A DNA stretch of 64,000 nucleotides from Candidatus Limnocylindrales bacterium (lineage in GTDB: Bacteria; Chloroflexota; Limnocylindria; Limnocylindrales; CSP1-4): contig DASWZK010000016.1 of assembly GCA_036404515.1 (NCBI GenBank), forward strand, positions 17,869 through 81,868, written 5' to 3'. The first letter of the stretch is position 1, and every line of letters begins with the position of its first letter. The position numbers were made by a program, and so were the translations under genes. The notes beneath the pieces are model-generated. The model was not told where the DNA came from. It ran no database searches and saw only the letters and a program-made list of their open reading frames with translations. Below, in pieces: positions 23,108 through 33,320 of the stretch.

Positions 23108-26100
23108 GTGCCAAACATGTTCGACGACTTCATGGAGGAGCTCCGCCGGCGCGAGGCCGCGAGAGCAGCCGCCGACGGGCAGCCGAAGGCCGGGTCTGAC
23201 GACACCGCCGACGGCGGCCCACCGAACGAGGGACCACGGGAGGACGACAGTATGAGGTCAGACGGGCCCGATTCGGACGACACCGATCGCGACGAGGACC
23301 GCCCGCGACCTAGCCCGATCTTCAGGCGGGGCGGCCCCGGCGGCGGCTACCGGCGATACTCGGGCGGCCCGTCGGGCCAGTTCCCCGAGTTCCATCTCGG
23401 CCGTCGCTGGATCGTCCTGGGCCTGGTCATCCTGGCCCTCTTCGTTCTCCTGTCCGTCTTCATGCTGACCGTCGGGCTGGCGACCGACGCGATCTGGTTC
23501 CAGAGCGTCGGCTTCGGCAGCGTATTCTGGACGCGCGTCGGATCGCAGATCCTCTTCTTCGTCGCCGGCGTGGCGATCGCCTTCCTGGCGCTGTGGGTCA
23601 ACCTCTGGCTGGCCGGGAGATTCATCCCGAAGGGCCAGCTTCGACGGTTCTCATTGGACGATCTCCTCGATCGATTCAACGTCGACCGATACTTCGGCGG
23701 AGGAACGTTCGGAAGCGGACCGCTCGGGGCACCGCCGAGCCGGACCGTCAAGGGCGAAGCCGTTGAGGTGCCGGACATCGGACGTCCCGTCTTCTGGAGC
23801 CTTCTCGCCTTCGCCCTTCTGGTCGCGCTGGCCATCGGCGGGCTGGCGCTGGGCGGCTGGAACACGATCCAGCTCTTCTTGCACCGGGTTCCGTACGGCC
23901 AGACCGACCCGATCTTCGGCAAGGACATCAGCTTCTTCCTGTTCGAACTGCCTTTCTACCGGCTCATTCAGTCAGCCGCAAACTCTCTGCTGCTGATTGC
24001 GCTGGTGCTGGTCGGGGTTCGCTATTTGATCGCCGTCGTCTCGGGAGCCTCGATGCCGACGGCGGCTCGCGTCCACCTCGGTCTGCTGGCCGCACTGTGG
24101 CTGTGGTCCACGGCCGTCGGCTACCAACTCGACCGCTACGAGCTCGTCTACAGCAACACCAGCGGCATCTTCCAGGGCGTGAGCTACGCCGATTACAACG
24201 CCAAGATGCTGGCCATCAACGTGATGACCGTCCTGGCGGCCTTCGTCGGCTGCTTCGTCGTGGCCTTCACGTATACCCGCTGGCGCACCCCGCTGGTCCT
24301 CACCCTCGTCTTCTGGGCCGGCGCCTTCCTCGTCCTTTACGTGGGCTATCCGCAGCTGGTACAGCGCTTCTCGGTCGTGCCCAACCAGCAGGCTCAGGAA
24401 TCGCCGTACATCACGGACAACATCACGGAGACCCGCCTGGCCTTCGGTCTGACCAACTGGTCGACGTCCTCGTACACGCCGGAAAACAACATAACCCCGG
24501 CGGCAGTGCAGGCGGAATCCTCGACGATCCAGAACGTTCGGCTGTGGGACGTCTCGCCACTCGCGCAGACCCTCGACGGACTGCAGGTCCTTCGCCAGTA
24601 CTACACGTTCCCGAACGTCGCCACGGACCGATACGTCTTCACCGACGCGCAGAGCTGTGCACCCTCCACACCTCCATGCGTCCGGCAGGTCATGCTGGCC
24701 GGCCGCGAGCTCGACCCGACTCAGCTCGCCCAGCTGACCACGGGCGACCAGAGCTGGGTCAACCAGCACATCACCTACACCCACGGCTACGGCCTGGTCA
24801 TGGTCCCGGTCAACGAGGTTGCCCAGAACGGGCAGCCGAACCTGTTGATCAGCAACTTTCCGCCGGTCTCCACTCCCGGCGCGCCCACGATCACCCAGCC
24901 GCGTATCTACTTCGGCACGGAGCCGAGCAACTACGTGATCGTCGATGCCGCCAGCCAGGAGTTCGACTATCCGTCGACGAGTGGCACCGGCGGCGACCAG
25001 TACACGACCTGGACAGGCGACACCGGCATCAAGCTCGACACGCCTTTGAGCCGCCTCCTGTTCGCGGCCCGCTTCGGCGATCTGAACATGCTCATCAGCA
25101 GCCAGATCACGGGCAGCAGCCAGCTTCTCTACAACCGCTCCATCCAGGAGCGCGCCGCCGCAATCGCCCCGTTCCTGAGCTTCGATTCAGACCCGTACCT
25201 GGTCGTGACTTCGAGCGGCCGCCTGGACTACGTCCTGGACGCCTACACGACCAGCGCCGCGTTCCCCGACTCGAATCCCTACGACCCGAGCACCGGATCG
25301 CCGGCGGGCGGGCTGTCCAACGTCTCGTTCAACTACGTTCGGAACAGCGTCAAGATAGTCATGGACGCCTACGACGGCACGATGTCGTTCTACGTGGCCG
25401 ACCCCAGCGACCCTATCATCCAGGCCTGGGAGGGCGTCTTCCCCAGCCTCTTCAAGCCCATGTCGGATATGCCAACGGACATCCGCGGCGACGCCACTGA
25501 TCCCGGGCATCTGCGGTACCCCGAAGACATGTTCAACGCGCAGACGTCCCAGTTCGCGAGGTACCACGTCACCGACCCGAGCGTCTTCTACCAGGGCAAC
25601 GACGTCTGGCAGCTCCCCCCGAGCGCCGACACCGGTGGCAGCACCGGTACCCAGCAACTCGGCCTGCAGGCCTACTACTTGCAGATGCGCATCCCGGGCC
25701 AGGCGAACCCGGAGTTCGTCCTGCTCCAGCCGATGGTGCCGCAGGGCCGTCAGAACATGATCGCCTGGGTGGCCGCCCACAGCGACCCGACCACCTACGG
25801 GCAGGTGAGCGTCTTCGACTTTCCGAGGTCGTCGAACGTCTTCGGGCCACAGCAAATCGAGGCTTTGATAGCCCAGAACAAGGACATCAGCCAGCAGATC
25901 ACGCTTTGGGGCCAGGTCGGCAGCAAGGTCATCCTCGGCAACCTGCTGGTCATACCGCTGCAGAACTCACTCATGTATGTCGAGCCGGTGTACTTGCAGG
26001 CGTCGAGCAACGGGCTGCCGGTATTCCAGAAAGTAATCGTCGGGAGCCAGACTCAGATCGTCTGGGGCAATAGCCTCCAGGACGCCCTCACTCAGATCTA

Positions 26101-26413
26101 CGCCGGCCAGGGGGCGACTGCGCCCGGAGGGTCGCCGTCGCCCGGCGCGTCGGCGTCGCCCGGGACGTCCGCTGCCCTGAGCCCGCCGGCAGCCACGCCC
26201 ACGCAAGTCGGGACGGCTACTGCCCTGCCCAGCATCTCGCTGAGCGGTAGCGCCCAGCAGCTGATCTCGGAGGCCAACGCGCACTACCAGGCCGCCCAGG
26301 CAGCCCTCCGCAACGGCGACCTGGCGACCTACCAGAAGGAGATGAACATCGTCGGGCAGCTGCTGACGCAGCTCGAGACGGTGCTGGGCACGCCCGCTCC
26401 TTCGGGACCGTAG
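23108..26413 (+). CDS. UPF0182 family large membrane protein
   Basis: 1101 aa. Acidic disordered N-terminus, about 7 TM helices, then a ~750-aa extracytoplasmic region. Size and architecture characteristic of UPF0182 proteins of Actinobacteria/Chloroflexi. C-terminal Ser/Pro linker plus coiled-coil-like tail. Confidence 0.75.
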   Translation: MPNMFDDFMEELRRREAARAAADGQPKAGSDDTADGGPPNEGPREDDSMRSDGPDSDDTDRDEDRPRPSPIFRRGGPGGGYRRYSGGPSGQFPEFHLGRRWIVLGLVILALFVLLSVFMLTVGLATDAIWFQSVGFGSVFWTRVGSQILFFVAGVAIAFLALWVNLWLAGRFIPKGQLRRFSLDDLLDRFNVDRYFGGGTFGSGPLGAPPSRTVKGEAVEVPDIGRPVFWSLLAFALLVALAIGGLALGGWNTIQLFLHRVPYGQTDPIFGKDISFFLFELPFYRLIQSAANSLLLIALVLVGVRYLIAVVSGASMPTAARVHLGLLAALWLWSTAVGYQLDRYELVYSNTSGIFQGVSYADYNAKMLAINVMTVLAAFVGCFVVAFTYTRWRTPLVLTLVFWAGAFLVLYVGYPQLVQRFSVVPNQQAQESPYITDNITETRLAFGLTNWSTSSYTPENNITPAAVQAESSTIQNVRLWDVSPLAQTLDGLQVLRQYYTFPNVATDRYVFTDAQSCAPSTPPCVRQVMLAGRELDPTQLAQLTTGDQSWVNQHITYTHGYGLVMVPVNEVAQNGQPNLLISNFPPVSTPGAPTITQPRIYFGTEPSNYVIVDAASQEFDYPSTSGTGGDQYTTWTGDTGIKLDTPLSRLLFAARFGDLNMLISSQITGSSQLLYNRSIQERAAAIAPFLSFDSDPYLVVTSSGRLDYVLDAYTTSAAFPDSNPYDPSTGSPAGGLSNVSFNYVRNSVKIVMDAYDGTMSFYVADPSDPIIQAWEGVFPSLFKPMSDMPTDIRGDATDPGHLRYPEDMFNAQTSQFARYHVTDPSVFYQGNDVWQLPPSADTGGSTGTQQLGLQAYYLQMRIPGQANPEFVLLQPMVPQGRQNMIAWVAAHSDPTTYGQVSVFDFPRSSNVFGPQQIEALIAQNKDISQQITLWGQVGSKVILGNLLVIPLQNSLMYVEPVYLQASSNGLPVFQKVIVGSQTQIVWGNSLQDALTQIYAGQGATAPGGSPSPGASASPGTSAALSPPAATPTQVGTATALPSISLSGSAQQLISEANAHYQAAQAALRNGDLATYQKEMNIVGQLLTQLETVLGTPAPSGP

Positions 26414-26418
26414 CCAGG

Positions 26419-27504
26419 GTGGTCGAGCGAGCCGAGCAGCTCGCGAACACTCAACCCAACGATTCGGCGCGGCCCGGCTGGACTGCTCGGATGCGCCGGG
26501 CGCTGGCGTTCGGAGTCGTGGACCGAGACACGATCGTGGTCGCGCTGGCAGGGTTCTTGCTGCGCGGCGGGATCGTGCTCCTTCTCGTACCGATTTCGGT
26601 GCTGCCGTCCGTGATCGGCATCGCCGGCGCCGTCGGTGTCAATGCGTTCGGCATCGACGGTCGTCCAACGTTATGGCTCTTCGAGGTCGTCGCGATCATT
26701 GCGGTGCTGGCCGCGGTATGGCTGCTGCTCGCTTTCCTGGTTGGGTCGCTCATCGACGTCTGGCTGATAGACGCCGAGATCGACCCGGACGGGCAGGCGG
26801 TGCGTCGACCGCGATCGCTCCCGAACTTCTGGATCGTTCTCGATCTCGCGGGTATCCGCGCCGTTTGCGTTGTGCCGCTGGTCCTGACCGTCGTGTGGGC
26901 CAGCTCGCGTATCTACAACGCCGCGTATGTCGAGCTCACAACGCCGACGAACCTGGCCACGCCGCTGGTGGTCCGCGTCGTCGAGAGCGCCGCAGACGCC
27001 GTCCTTGTCATCGGCCTGGTGTGGTTGGGGTCGGAAGTGGTCGCGGCCGTGGCGGTCAGGCGCCTCGTTCTGCTCGATCTTGACGTCCGGCGGTCGATAG
27101 TCGGTGCGCTCGTTCAGATTGTCCGGCGGCCCATTTCGTCGGCCTCCACGGTGGTCGTCTCTTTCGGTGCGAGCGTCGCCGCTATTGGGCTGGCGATGGC
27201 GGCGACTGCCACGACCTTCGACTGGATTCGGGTTGCCGCCCGGAACGAGCAGCCGATCTTGATAACAATCGGCCTCAGCCCGCTCAGCACCACTCGCGAC
27301 TTCAGACCCGTTGTGTTCGTGCTCGCCACGACGGCCCTTGGCCTGGCCTGGTTTGCCGCCCTGGCCCTCGCCGGAATAGCCTCGGCCTGGCGGAGCGCCG
27401 CGTTCACCGAGGAGACGGCGGCCGCTGTATCCGAATCCCGAACGGGCTCGGCCGCGGCCCAGTGGGGACGATCGGCCCAAATCACGGAGAGATCGGGGGA
27501 TTGA
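26419..27504 (+). CDS. hypothetical polytopic membrane protein
   Basis: 361 aa, 6-8 TM helices. Starts 6 bp after the UPF0182 stop, so likely co-transcribed. Confidence 0.55.
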   Translation: MVERAEQLANTQPNDSARPGWTARMRRALAFGVVDRDTIVVALAGFLLRGGIVLLLVPISVLPSVIGIAGAVGVNAFGIDGRPTLWLFEVVAIIAVLAAVWLLLAFLVGSLIDVWLIDAEIDPDGQAVRRPRSLPNFWIVLDLAGIRAVCVVPLVLTVVWASSRIYNAAYVELTTPTNLATPLVVRVVESAADAVLVIGLVWLGSEVVAAVAVRRLVLLDLDVRRSIVGALVQIVRRPISSASTVVVSFGASVAAIGLAMAATATTFDWIRVAARNEQPILITIGLSPLSTTRDFRPVVFVLATTALGLAWFAALALAGIASAWRSAAFTEETAAAVSESRTGSAAAQWGRSAQITERSGD

Positions 27505-27838
27505 CTCGGGAAACCCATCTCGGGAGACCTCGGGTGTACGCGGCCGAAACATGTGCCTTTCAAGCTGGGGATTCATGCCGGCGTCGTCGTCACGTTCCCC
27601 ATAGGGGGGCCGTACGACCCCGCAATTGAGGCGGCGGTGCCGAGCCGGGGCGATCTCCGGTGCGAGGCCGGATCCGAGACTCGACCGGCGGCCCGATCGT
27701 CACCGCCGGCACTCGAGCAACGTCACAGGCGGGCAGTCGTGGGCCAGCGACCGATGCCACCCTGATACACTGCCCAACGCCTTTCGTTGACGGCAGCGAA
27801 CGCCTCGAAAGGGCGGAACCGAGAGAGGGCCGAACCCG

Positions 27839-28450
27839 ATGCCAACCGATCTGGCCGGCCAGCTGGGAAGCGCATTCAACTCGTTCGTTTCGAGCACGAT
27901 CGTCCAGCTCATCCTGGATTCGATCGTTCTGTACCTCTTCATCGTCTGGCTTGCGGCCGCCTTCTGGGCCTTCCGCGACATGCACGAGCGAACCGAGAAC
28001 CCGGTCATGCCGTATGTCGCCGCCGCGCTCATCCTCCTTCCCACACCGTTCTTCTTCTTCCTCGGCGTGATCGTCTATCGAGTCGTCAGACCCGCCGAGC
28101 GCCTGGGCGAGGTCTACGAGCGGAACCTTGCCGAGGAGGCACTCCTCGGCAAGGTGGAGGCGGTAAGGACCTGTCGAGGTTGCGATCGACGAGTAAACGA
28201 CGATTGGATCATCTGCCCGTGGTGCCGGACTCGGCTGAATCGGGTCTGCCCTAACTGCGATCGGCTTGTCGGCCTCGATTGGACTTTGTGCGCCTGGTGC
28301 GGCAAGGACTTCGAACGTCGGGTCACGGCCGATCGGTCGGTCACCGAAAGCGCGCTCGAAGTACCGAAGCCTGAAGTCATCGGCCAGGCACCACCGGCGG
28401 GACCGGCTGGCGGTACGATCAGGAAAAGCAAGCCCGCCGTCGGCGGCTGA
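27839..28450 (+). CDS. membrane protein with double zinc ribbon
   Basis: 203 aa. Two TM helices, then CRGCD...CPWC...CPNCD...CAWCG. Confidence 0.6.
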   Translation: MPTDLAGQLGSAFNSFVSSTIVQLILDSIVLYLFIVWLAAAFWAFRDMHERTENPVMPYVAAALILLPTPFFFFLGVIVYRVVRPAERLGEVYERNLAEEALLGKVEAVRTCRGCDRRVNDDWIICPWCRTRLNRVCPNCDRLVGLDWTLCAWCGKDFERRVTADRSVTESALEVPKPEVIGQAPPAGPAGGTIRKSKPAVGG

Positions 28451-28844
28451 GGCGAGCGTCTCCGGAGGCTCCACCACGCCGCATGCCCGACCACCGGCGC
28501 GAAACGGAAGGTGACGGCGCAAGCGCTGACGGCGGGCCGCCTACGAACTCGAATGGCCTCGACGCGAGCGCCGGCCAAGCGTTCGGCGCCACTTCGGCTC
28601 GACCGAGTCGGCGCCGGAGGCGAGCCCCGGATTACGCCACGACGGCCCTTCCCCCGCGAGCCAGCAGCCTCACCCGTGGCAAGCCGGTACGGGGCAACCG
28701 CCCTATGCCGGATGGCAGCCACCCGCGGCGCCGGTTGGGCAGGCTCACAGTCCGGCCTGGAACGGCTGGCAGCAGCGATGGGCCTGGCCCGGTGCCTCCT
28801 CAGGAGCGAGGGCTCCCGGGCCCGCTTGTTGGCCGGTCGGCTAC

Positions 28845-29075
28845 GTGCCGTGGGGTTACACCAACCCCCCGGCCGTGCTGCCCGTGCTCGAGCCGCCCGG
28901 CAGCTTCCACCCGCCAATCTCGTGGCGAGCCGCCATCTTCGATTTCGGCGCCCGGGTCCCGGTGGCAATCGCATTCACCTGGCTCTACGTGCGTCGTCGA
29001 TCGATCCTCGCCTCGGGAACCCTGCACGCCGGTTACGACGGCGCGATGACCCTCGTTTCCTTCCTGGCAAGCTAG
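28845..29075 (+). pseudogene. C-terminal fragment of CPBP (CAAX/Abi-like) intramembrane protease
   Basis: 76 aa ORF matching only the last CPBP motif (AIAFTWLYVRRRSILASGTLHAGYDGAM; HxxxN/D motif region). The EExxxR and FxxxH motifs are absent. The upstream in-frame 400 bp has no start codon and poor GC3. Confidence 0.35.
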
Positions 29076-29311
29076 GCTAGCTGGCGGCGACGCCCGCCCG
29101 GGCGTGCCGCGTTGGCGAGAACGCCGGCCTGACGCACATCGGCCAGGATGCCGAGGCCGTCGATAAGCCGCGGTTGGGCCAGCGGTAAGCCGGGTTTCGT
29201 AGGCTGCTGTCGCTCCCGGAGCCCGATGGCGGGAGGAATCGGCGGGCTTCCGTCGTTGGCTCTGGGAGCAGGCAAATCCCGCCGCTCGCCGCCACTGGAG
29301 GATGCGATTCG

Positions 29312-30076
29312 GTGAGTCGGCCTGACGGACGGGTCGGGCAGCTCGAGGCTGAGCCGGCTGTGCGTGGTGCTGCCGACCGTCTGGCGCGGGCAGTCGTGTC
29401 CGGCGCTCAGCCCGAACGGCCTCGGGAGCGACTCGCTCTTCACGGCGCCGGAGCGTTGAGCGCCGCAGAGCTGATCGGAATCTTGTGGGGATCCGGTACG
29501 CACGGCCATACGGCGGTTGACGCGGCGGTCGATGCGCTTCACCGGCACGAAGGGCTGGTCGGATTAGCCCGCGCCACGGACGTCGAGCTGGAGGCAGTGC
29601 CGGGCGTCGGGCCGGTCCGTGCGGCACAGTTGAGCGCCGCTTTCGAGCTCGGCCGTCGAGTCGTGACCGACTGGCCTCAGGGCCGCTGGATGGTTCGAGC
29701 GCCGCGCGACGTAGGTGAGCGACTGGTGCCGCAGATGGGCTACCTGGAGCGCGAAGAGCTCCGTGTCGTGCTCCTCAACACTCGCAACGCCGTCCTGCGA
29801 CAGGTGACCGTCTATCAGGGCAACGTCTCGTCCAGCCTGGTGCGGATCGGAGAGCTTTTCCGCGATGCCGTTCGTCTGAATGCCACGGGGGTGATCCTGG
29901 CCCATAACCACCCGTCAGGCGACTCGACGCCAAGCCCGGATGACCTCCGGCTGACGGCCGAGGCGCTGGCCGCAGGTCGCCTGCTCGACATCCAGCTGCT
30001 CGATCACTTGATCGTAGCCGGCGACAGTTTCGTGTCGTTGCGTGACCGCGGCGTGGCCTTCGATCGGAGCGCTTGA
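29312..30076 (+). CDS. radC: RadC-like JAB/MPN+ domain protein (UPF0758)
   Basis: 254 aa. HhH-like N-terminus, JAMM motif HNHPSGDSTPSPDD. Located directly upstream of mreB, as in Bacillus. Confidence 0.8.
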   Translation: MSRPDGRVGQLEAEPAVRGAADRLARAVVSGAQPERPRERLALHGAGALSAAELIGILWGSGTHGHTAVDAAVDALHRHEGLVGLARATDVELEAVPGVGPVRAAQLSAAFELGRRVVTDWPQGRWMVRAPRDVGERLVPQMGYLEREELRVVLLNTRNAVLRQVTVYQGNVSSSLVRIGELFRDAVRLNATGVILAHNHPSGDSTPSPDDLRLTAEALAAGRLLDIQLLDHLIVAGDSFVSLRDRGVAFDRSA

Positions 30077-30386
30077 GCCGGTCGGCGCCCCAGCACTTGC
30101 CAAGTGAGCCACCGCGGGCGTCGCGTCGCCACTTGCGCTGGGGAGGTAAACTCCCGCAGCCCGCCGAGCCTGCTCGACCGAGAGGAGAGCCTGGATGTAG
30201 GTGGGGCGTATACTGCTCGAGCTTCCAGGATCGGGTCGGGTCGGGTGGACGCCCCCGATTTGGATTGGGCACACCGCCACAATGCGATGGCTCTGAGCCA
30301 CTCGATCACCCGGGTCTTCAGGCTGGCTATCCCGTCTCGATCATCGGGCGAGCCAGCGCCGCGCCAAGAAGGAACAGCCTCGAATC

Positions 30387-31445
30387 ATGTTCGGCTTGCA
30401 TACCCTGCTCGGTCTTTTCTCCCGCGATATCGGGATCGACCTGGGCACGGCCAACACCCTGGTCCACGTCCGCGACCGCGGCATCGTCATCAGCGAGCCG
30501 AGCGTCGTCGCCCTGGATGCGAAGACCAGGAAGGTCCTGGCCGTCGGCGCCGAGGCCAAGCGCATGGTCGGACGCACTCCGGCGAGCATCATCGCGGTTC
30601 GGCCACTCCGCGACGGAGTCATCAGCGACTTCGATGTGACGCAGCAGATGATCGCCTACTTCGTCCGCAAGGTTCACGACCGAATCGGCATGGTGCCGCG
30701 ACCCCGCATGCTCCTCGGCATTCCATCGGGCGTGACCGAGGTCGAGAAGCGTGCCGTGCGCGACGCAGCCATGAACGCCGGCGCCCGCTGGGCCGGTTTG
30801 ATCGAGGAGCCGATGGCGGCGGCGATTGGGGCAGGGCTGCCCGTCAACGAGCCAACCGGCAGCATGATCGTCGACATCGGCGGCGGTACGACCGAAGTCG
30901 CGGTGATCAGCCTGGGCGGCATCGTCGTCTCCCGGAGCATCCGCATCGGGGGCGACGAGATGGATGCGGACATCGTTGCCTACGCCCGCCGCGAGTACAA
31001 CCTGTTCCTGGGCGAACGGACGGCCGAGGACATCAAGATCGCTATCGGATCCGCCAGCCCCGGCGAATGGGACGCACAGCGTGTGACGCTTCGCGGCCGC
31101 GACCTGCTCACGGGCCTGCCCCGCAGCGTCGAGGTCGGGGGCGAGCAAATCCGCGAGGCTATCGATGCGTCGCTCGCTCTCATCGTCGACACGGTCAAGG
31201 ACACGATCGAAGAGACGCCGCCGGAGCTCGTGGCCGACATCATGGACCAGGGAATCGTTCTGGCCGGAGGCGGGGCACTGCTTGCTGGTCTGGATCGGCG
31301 CATCGCCGAAGCCACCCAGATGCCGGTCCACATTGCCAATGATCCGCTGACGTGCGTCGTCAGGGGCACCGGCGTGGTGCTCGAGGAGCTTGACCTGATG
31401 GAAGAAGTGCTGGTGGCGGACACGTACGCCCGCCCGACGCGCTGA
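30387..31445 (+). CDS. mreB: rod shape-determining protein MreB
   Basis: 352 aa actin-fold (DIGIDLGTANTLV, phosphate 2, adenosine motif). Highly conserved. Confidence 0.95.
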   Translation: MFGLHTLLGLFSRDIGIDLGTANTLVHVRDRGIVISEPSVVALDAKTRKVLAVGAEAKRMVGRTPASIIAVRPLRDGVISDFDVTQQMIAYFVRKVHDRIGMVPRPRMLLGIPSGVTEVEKRAVRDAAMNAGARWAGLIEEPMAAAIGAGLPVNEPTGSMIVDIGGGTTEVAVISLGGIVVSRSIRIGGDEMDADIVAYARREYNLFLGERTAEDIKIAIGSASPGEWDAQRVTLRGRDLLTGLPRSVEVGGEQIREAIDASLALIVDTVKDTIEETPPELVADIMDQGIVLAGGGALLAGLDRRIAEATQMPVHIANDPLTCVVRGTGVVLEELDLMEEVLVADTYARPTR

Positions 31446-31470
31446 CCCAGACCGTGGCCCTGGTGGCCTT

Positions 31471-32490
31471 ATGAACGCTATCACCGCCACTCGACGGACC
31501 ATCCGTCGTGAGTGGACGGCATTCGGCACGCTGCTGATCATCAGCGTGGGCTTGATGGGCATGTCAGGCACCCAAACCGCCCACGACATCGAGTCAACTG
31601 TGAACCAGGCTGCGAGACCCGCCGAGACTTTCCTCAACAGCGTCGCCGACACGGCCGGCTCGTACTGGTCGGCCCTGATCCAGATCGACCGGTTGCGAAC
31701 CGAGAACGAACAACTCACGGAGCAGAACCAGGTGCTGCAGGAAGAGCTGAATCGGATGCCGGCGATTGCCCAGCTGAACGACGACTGGACGAAGATAACT
31801 TCCATGTCGACTGGCATTCAGTACGCGACTACACCGGTTCGAGTCATCGTCCGGGACATCTCGACGCTGGGCACCCGAACGCTGATCGTCAACAAGGGCA
31901 GCGACGACGGCCTGGTCGCAGGCCAGGTCGTGATCGACGCCGGCGGGGCGCTCGTGGGCCGGATACAATCCGTCGACGCCACTGTGTCGACCATCCTGCT
32001 CATCAACGACCCTTCTGCGGTCGTAGTCGGCAAAGAGGCCAGCTCGGGCGCAACCGGCACCGTTCAGGGTTCGATCAGCGGCCAGCTCGTTATGTCGGGC
32101 GTGGACGTCACCCCGGACGTGGCCAAGACGCTCAAGGGCAAGCCAGTGGTCACCGCCGGCGAAGCGCTGCCCGGCACCAACGACACCTCTCCCTATCCAC
32201 CGGGCCTCCTGATCGGCGTCATCTCCGACGCCACCAGCGACCCCAATGCGGTCGTCCAGAGCGCAACCATCACGCCCGCGGCGCACCTGACCGACGCCGT
32301 CTTCCTGCTGGTGATTACGGACTTCCAGGGCGGCTTTGGGCCGCCCCTGCCGTCGGGGTGCCCAGGAAGTTCCGCCAGCCCAGGAAGTTCCGCCAGCCCC
32401 GGCAGCTCGGCCAGCCCGGCGAGCACCTGCGGACCGGCCAGCCCGGCGGCCCCATCGATCAAACCGACGGCGATCCCTTCCCCGTTCTGA
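31471..32490 (+). CDS. mreC: rod shape-determining protein MreC
   Basis: 339 aa. N-terminal TM, coiled coil (EQLTEQNQVLQEELNRM), beta-barrel domains. Unusual C-terminal PGSSAS x3 tail. Confidence 0.8.
   Translation: MNAITATRRTIRREWTAFGTLLIISVGLMGMSGTQTAHDIESTVNQAARPAETFLNSVADTAGSYWSALIQIDRLRTENEQLTEQNQVLQEELNRMPAIAQLNDDWTKITSMSTGIQYATTPVRVIVRDISTLGTRTLIVNKGSDDGLVAGQVVIDAGGALVGRIQSVDATVSTILLINDPSAVVVGKEASSGATGTVQGSISGQLVMSGVDVTPDVAKTLKGKPVVTAGEALPGTNDTSPYPPGLLIGVISDATSDPNAVVQSATITPAAHLTDAVFLLVITDFQGGFGPPLPSGCPGSSASPGSSASPGSSASPASTCGPASPAAPSIKPTAIPSPF
32361..32414 (+). repeat. 3 x 18-bp in-frame tandem repeat (encodes PGSSAS) at mreC 3' end
   Basis: cccaggaagttccgccag twice, then diverged copy ccccggcagctcggccag. 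Confidence 0.7.
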
Positions 32491-32561
32491 AGATCGGCGG
32501 CCAGGGCGGAGGCAACGTCAAACCTGATACGCTCACGGGCGTTGACGCCCATGGAGCCAGA

Positions 32562-33320
32562 GTGAAGGGTCTAGTCCTGGCGGGAGGCACAGCTACCCGC
32601 CTCTTCCCACTCACCATCGTCACCAACAAGCACCTCCTGCCGATATACGACCGGCCGATGATCTACTTCCCGATCGCCACCCTGGCCGGTATGGGCATTC
32701 GGGAGGTCATGGTTGTCGTCGGCGGCAAGAGCGTCGGTGACGTGGTTGAGCTTCTCGCCGATGGCGAACACTTCGGCCTCGACCTGACCTACCGCTACCA
32801 GCGCGGCGCCCTCGGCATCGCCCATGCGATCGGGCTCGCTCGCGATTTCGTCGGCGACGAGGCTTTTTGTTGCGTCCTTGGCGACAACGTCCTCCTCGGG
32901 CCGCCGCTGGCCGACACCGCTTGCGAATTCGAGGCGGGGCCCTGGGGAGCTGGAACCCTCCTGTACGAAGTCGCAGACCCGGAGAGGTTCGGCGTCGCCG
33001 AACTCGACGCGGCCGGCAATCTTCTCGGATTCGAAGAGAAGCCCGCGGTGCCGAAGAGCAACCTAATCCCGATCGGTGTGTATTTCCTGCGGCCGGATGC
33101 CTTCGCCGTAATCGACCACCTGGTGCCCTCGCGCCGGGGCGAGTTGGAGATCACCGACCTGCTCAATCGCTACCTGCCGGGCAACCTCTTCGCCCGGAAG
33201 TTCGACGGCCTGTGGACCGATGCCGGCACAGTGGCTTCACTCATTCGGGCGGCCGAGCTCGCCGAGCAGGAGTCGCGCTCCGGCCGTCTCGTCGGTCCGC
33301 CTGCCAGGCCCACCGCGTGA
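32562..33320 (+). CDS. rfbA: sugar-phosphate nucleotidyltransferase (short RmlA/RfbA-like)
   Basis: 252 aa from GTG. MKGLVLAGGTATRLFPLT pyrophosphorylase signature, LGDNV. Stop overlaps the rfbB start (GTGA). Confidence 0.75.
   Translation: MKGLVLAGGTATRLFPLTIVTNKHLLPIYDRPMIYFPIATLAGMGIREVMVVVGGKSVGDVVELLADGEHFGLDLTYRYQRGALGIAHAIGLARDFVGDEAFCCVLGDNVLLGPPLADTACEFEAGPWGAGTLLYEVADPERFGVAELDAAGNLLGFEEKPAVPKSNLIPIGVYFLRPDAFAVIDHLVPSRRGELEITDLLNRYLPGNLFARKFDGLWTDAGTVASLIRAAELAEQESRSGRLVGPPARPTA

Noticed and set aside
24097-25500. 467-aa alternative-frame ORF inside the UPF0182 gene
   Set aside because: Arg/Pro/His-rich low-complexity translation. The UPF0182 frame has the TM topology and codon bias.
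28483-29080. Two ~190-aa ORFs (28483-29049, 28511-29080) upstream of and overlapping the CPBP fragment
   Set aside because: Extremely Arg-rich with poor codon usage. Neither frame resembles a CPBP N-terminal region.
32361-32414. Possible CRISPR or other repeat array
   Set aside because: Only three 18-bp in-frame coding repeats (PGSSAS) inside mreC, with no spacers. No CRISPR-like array anywhere in the window.
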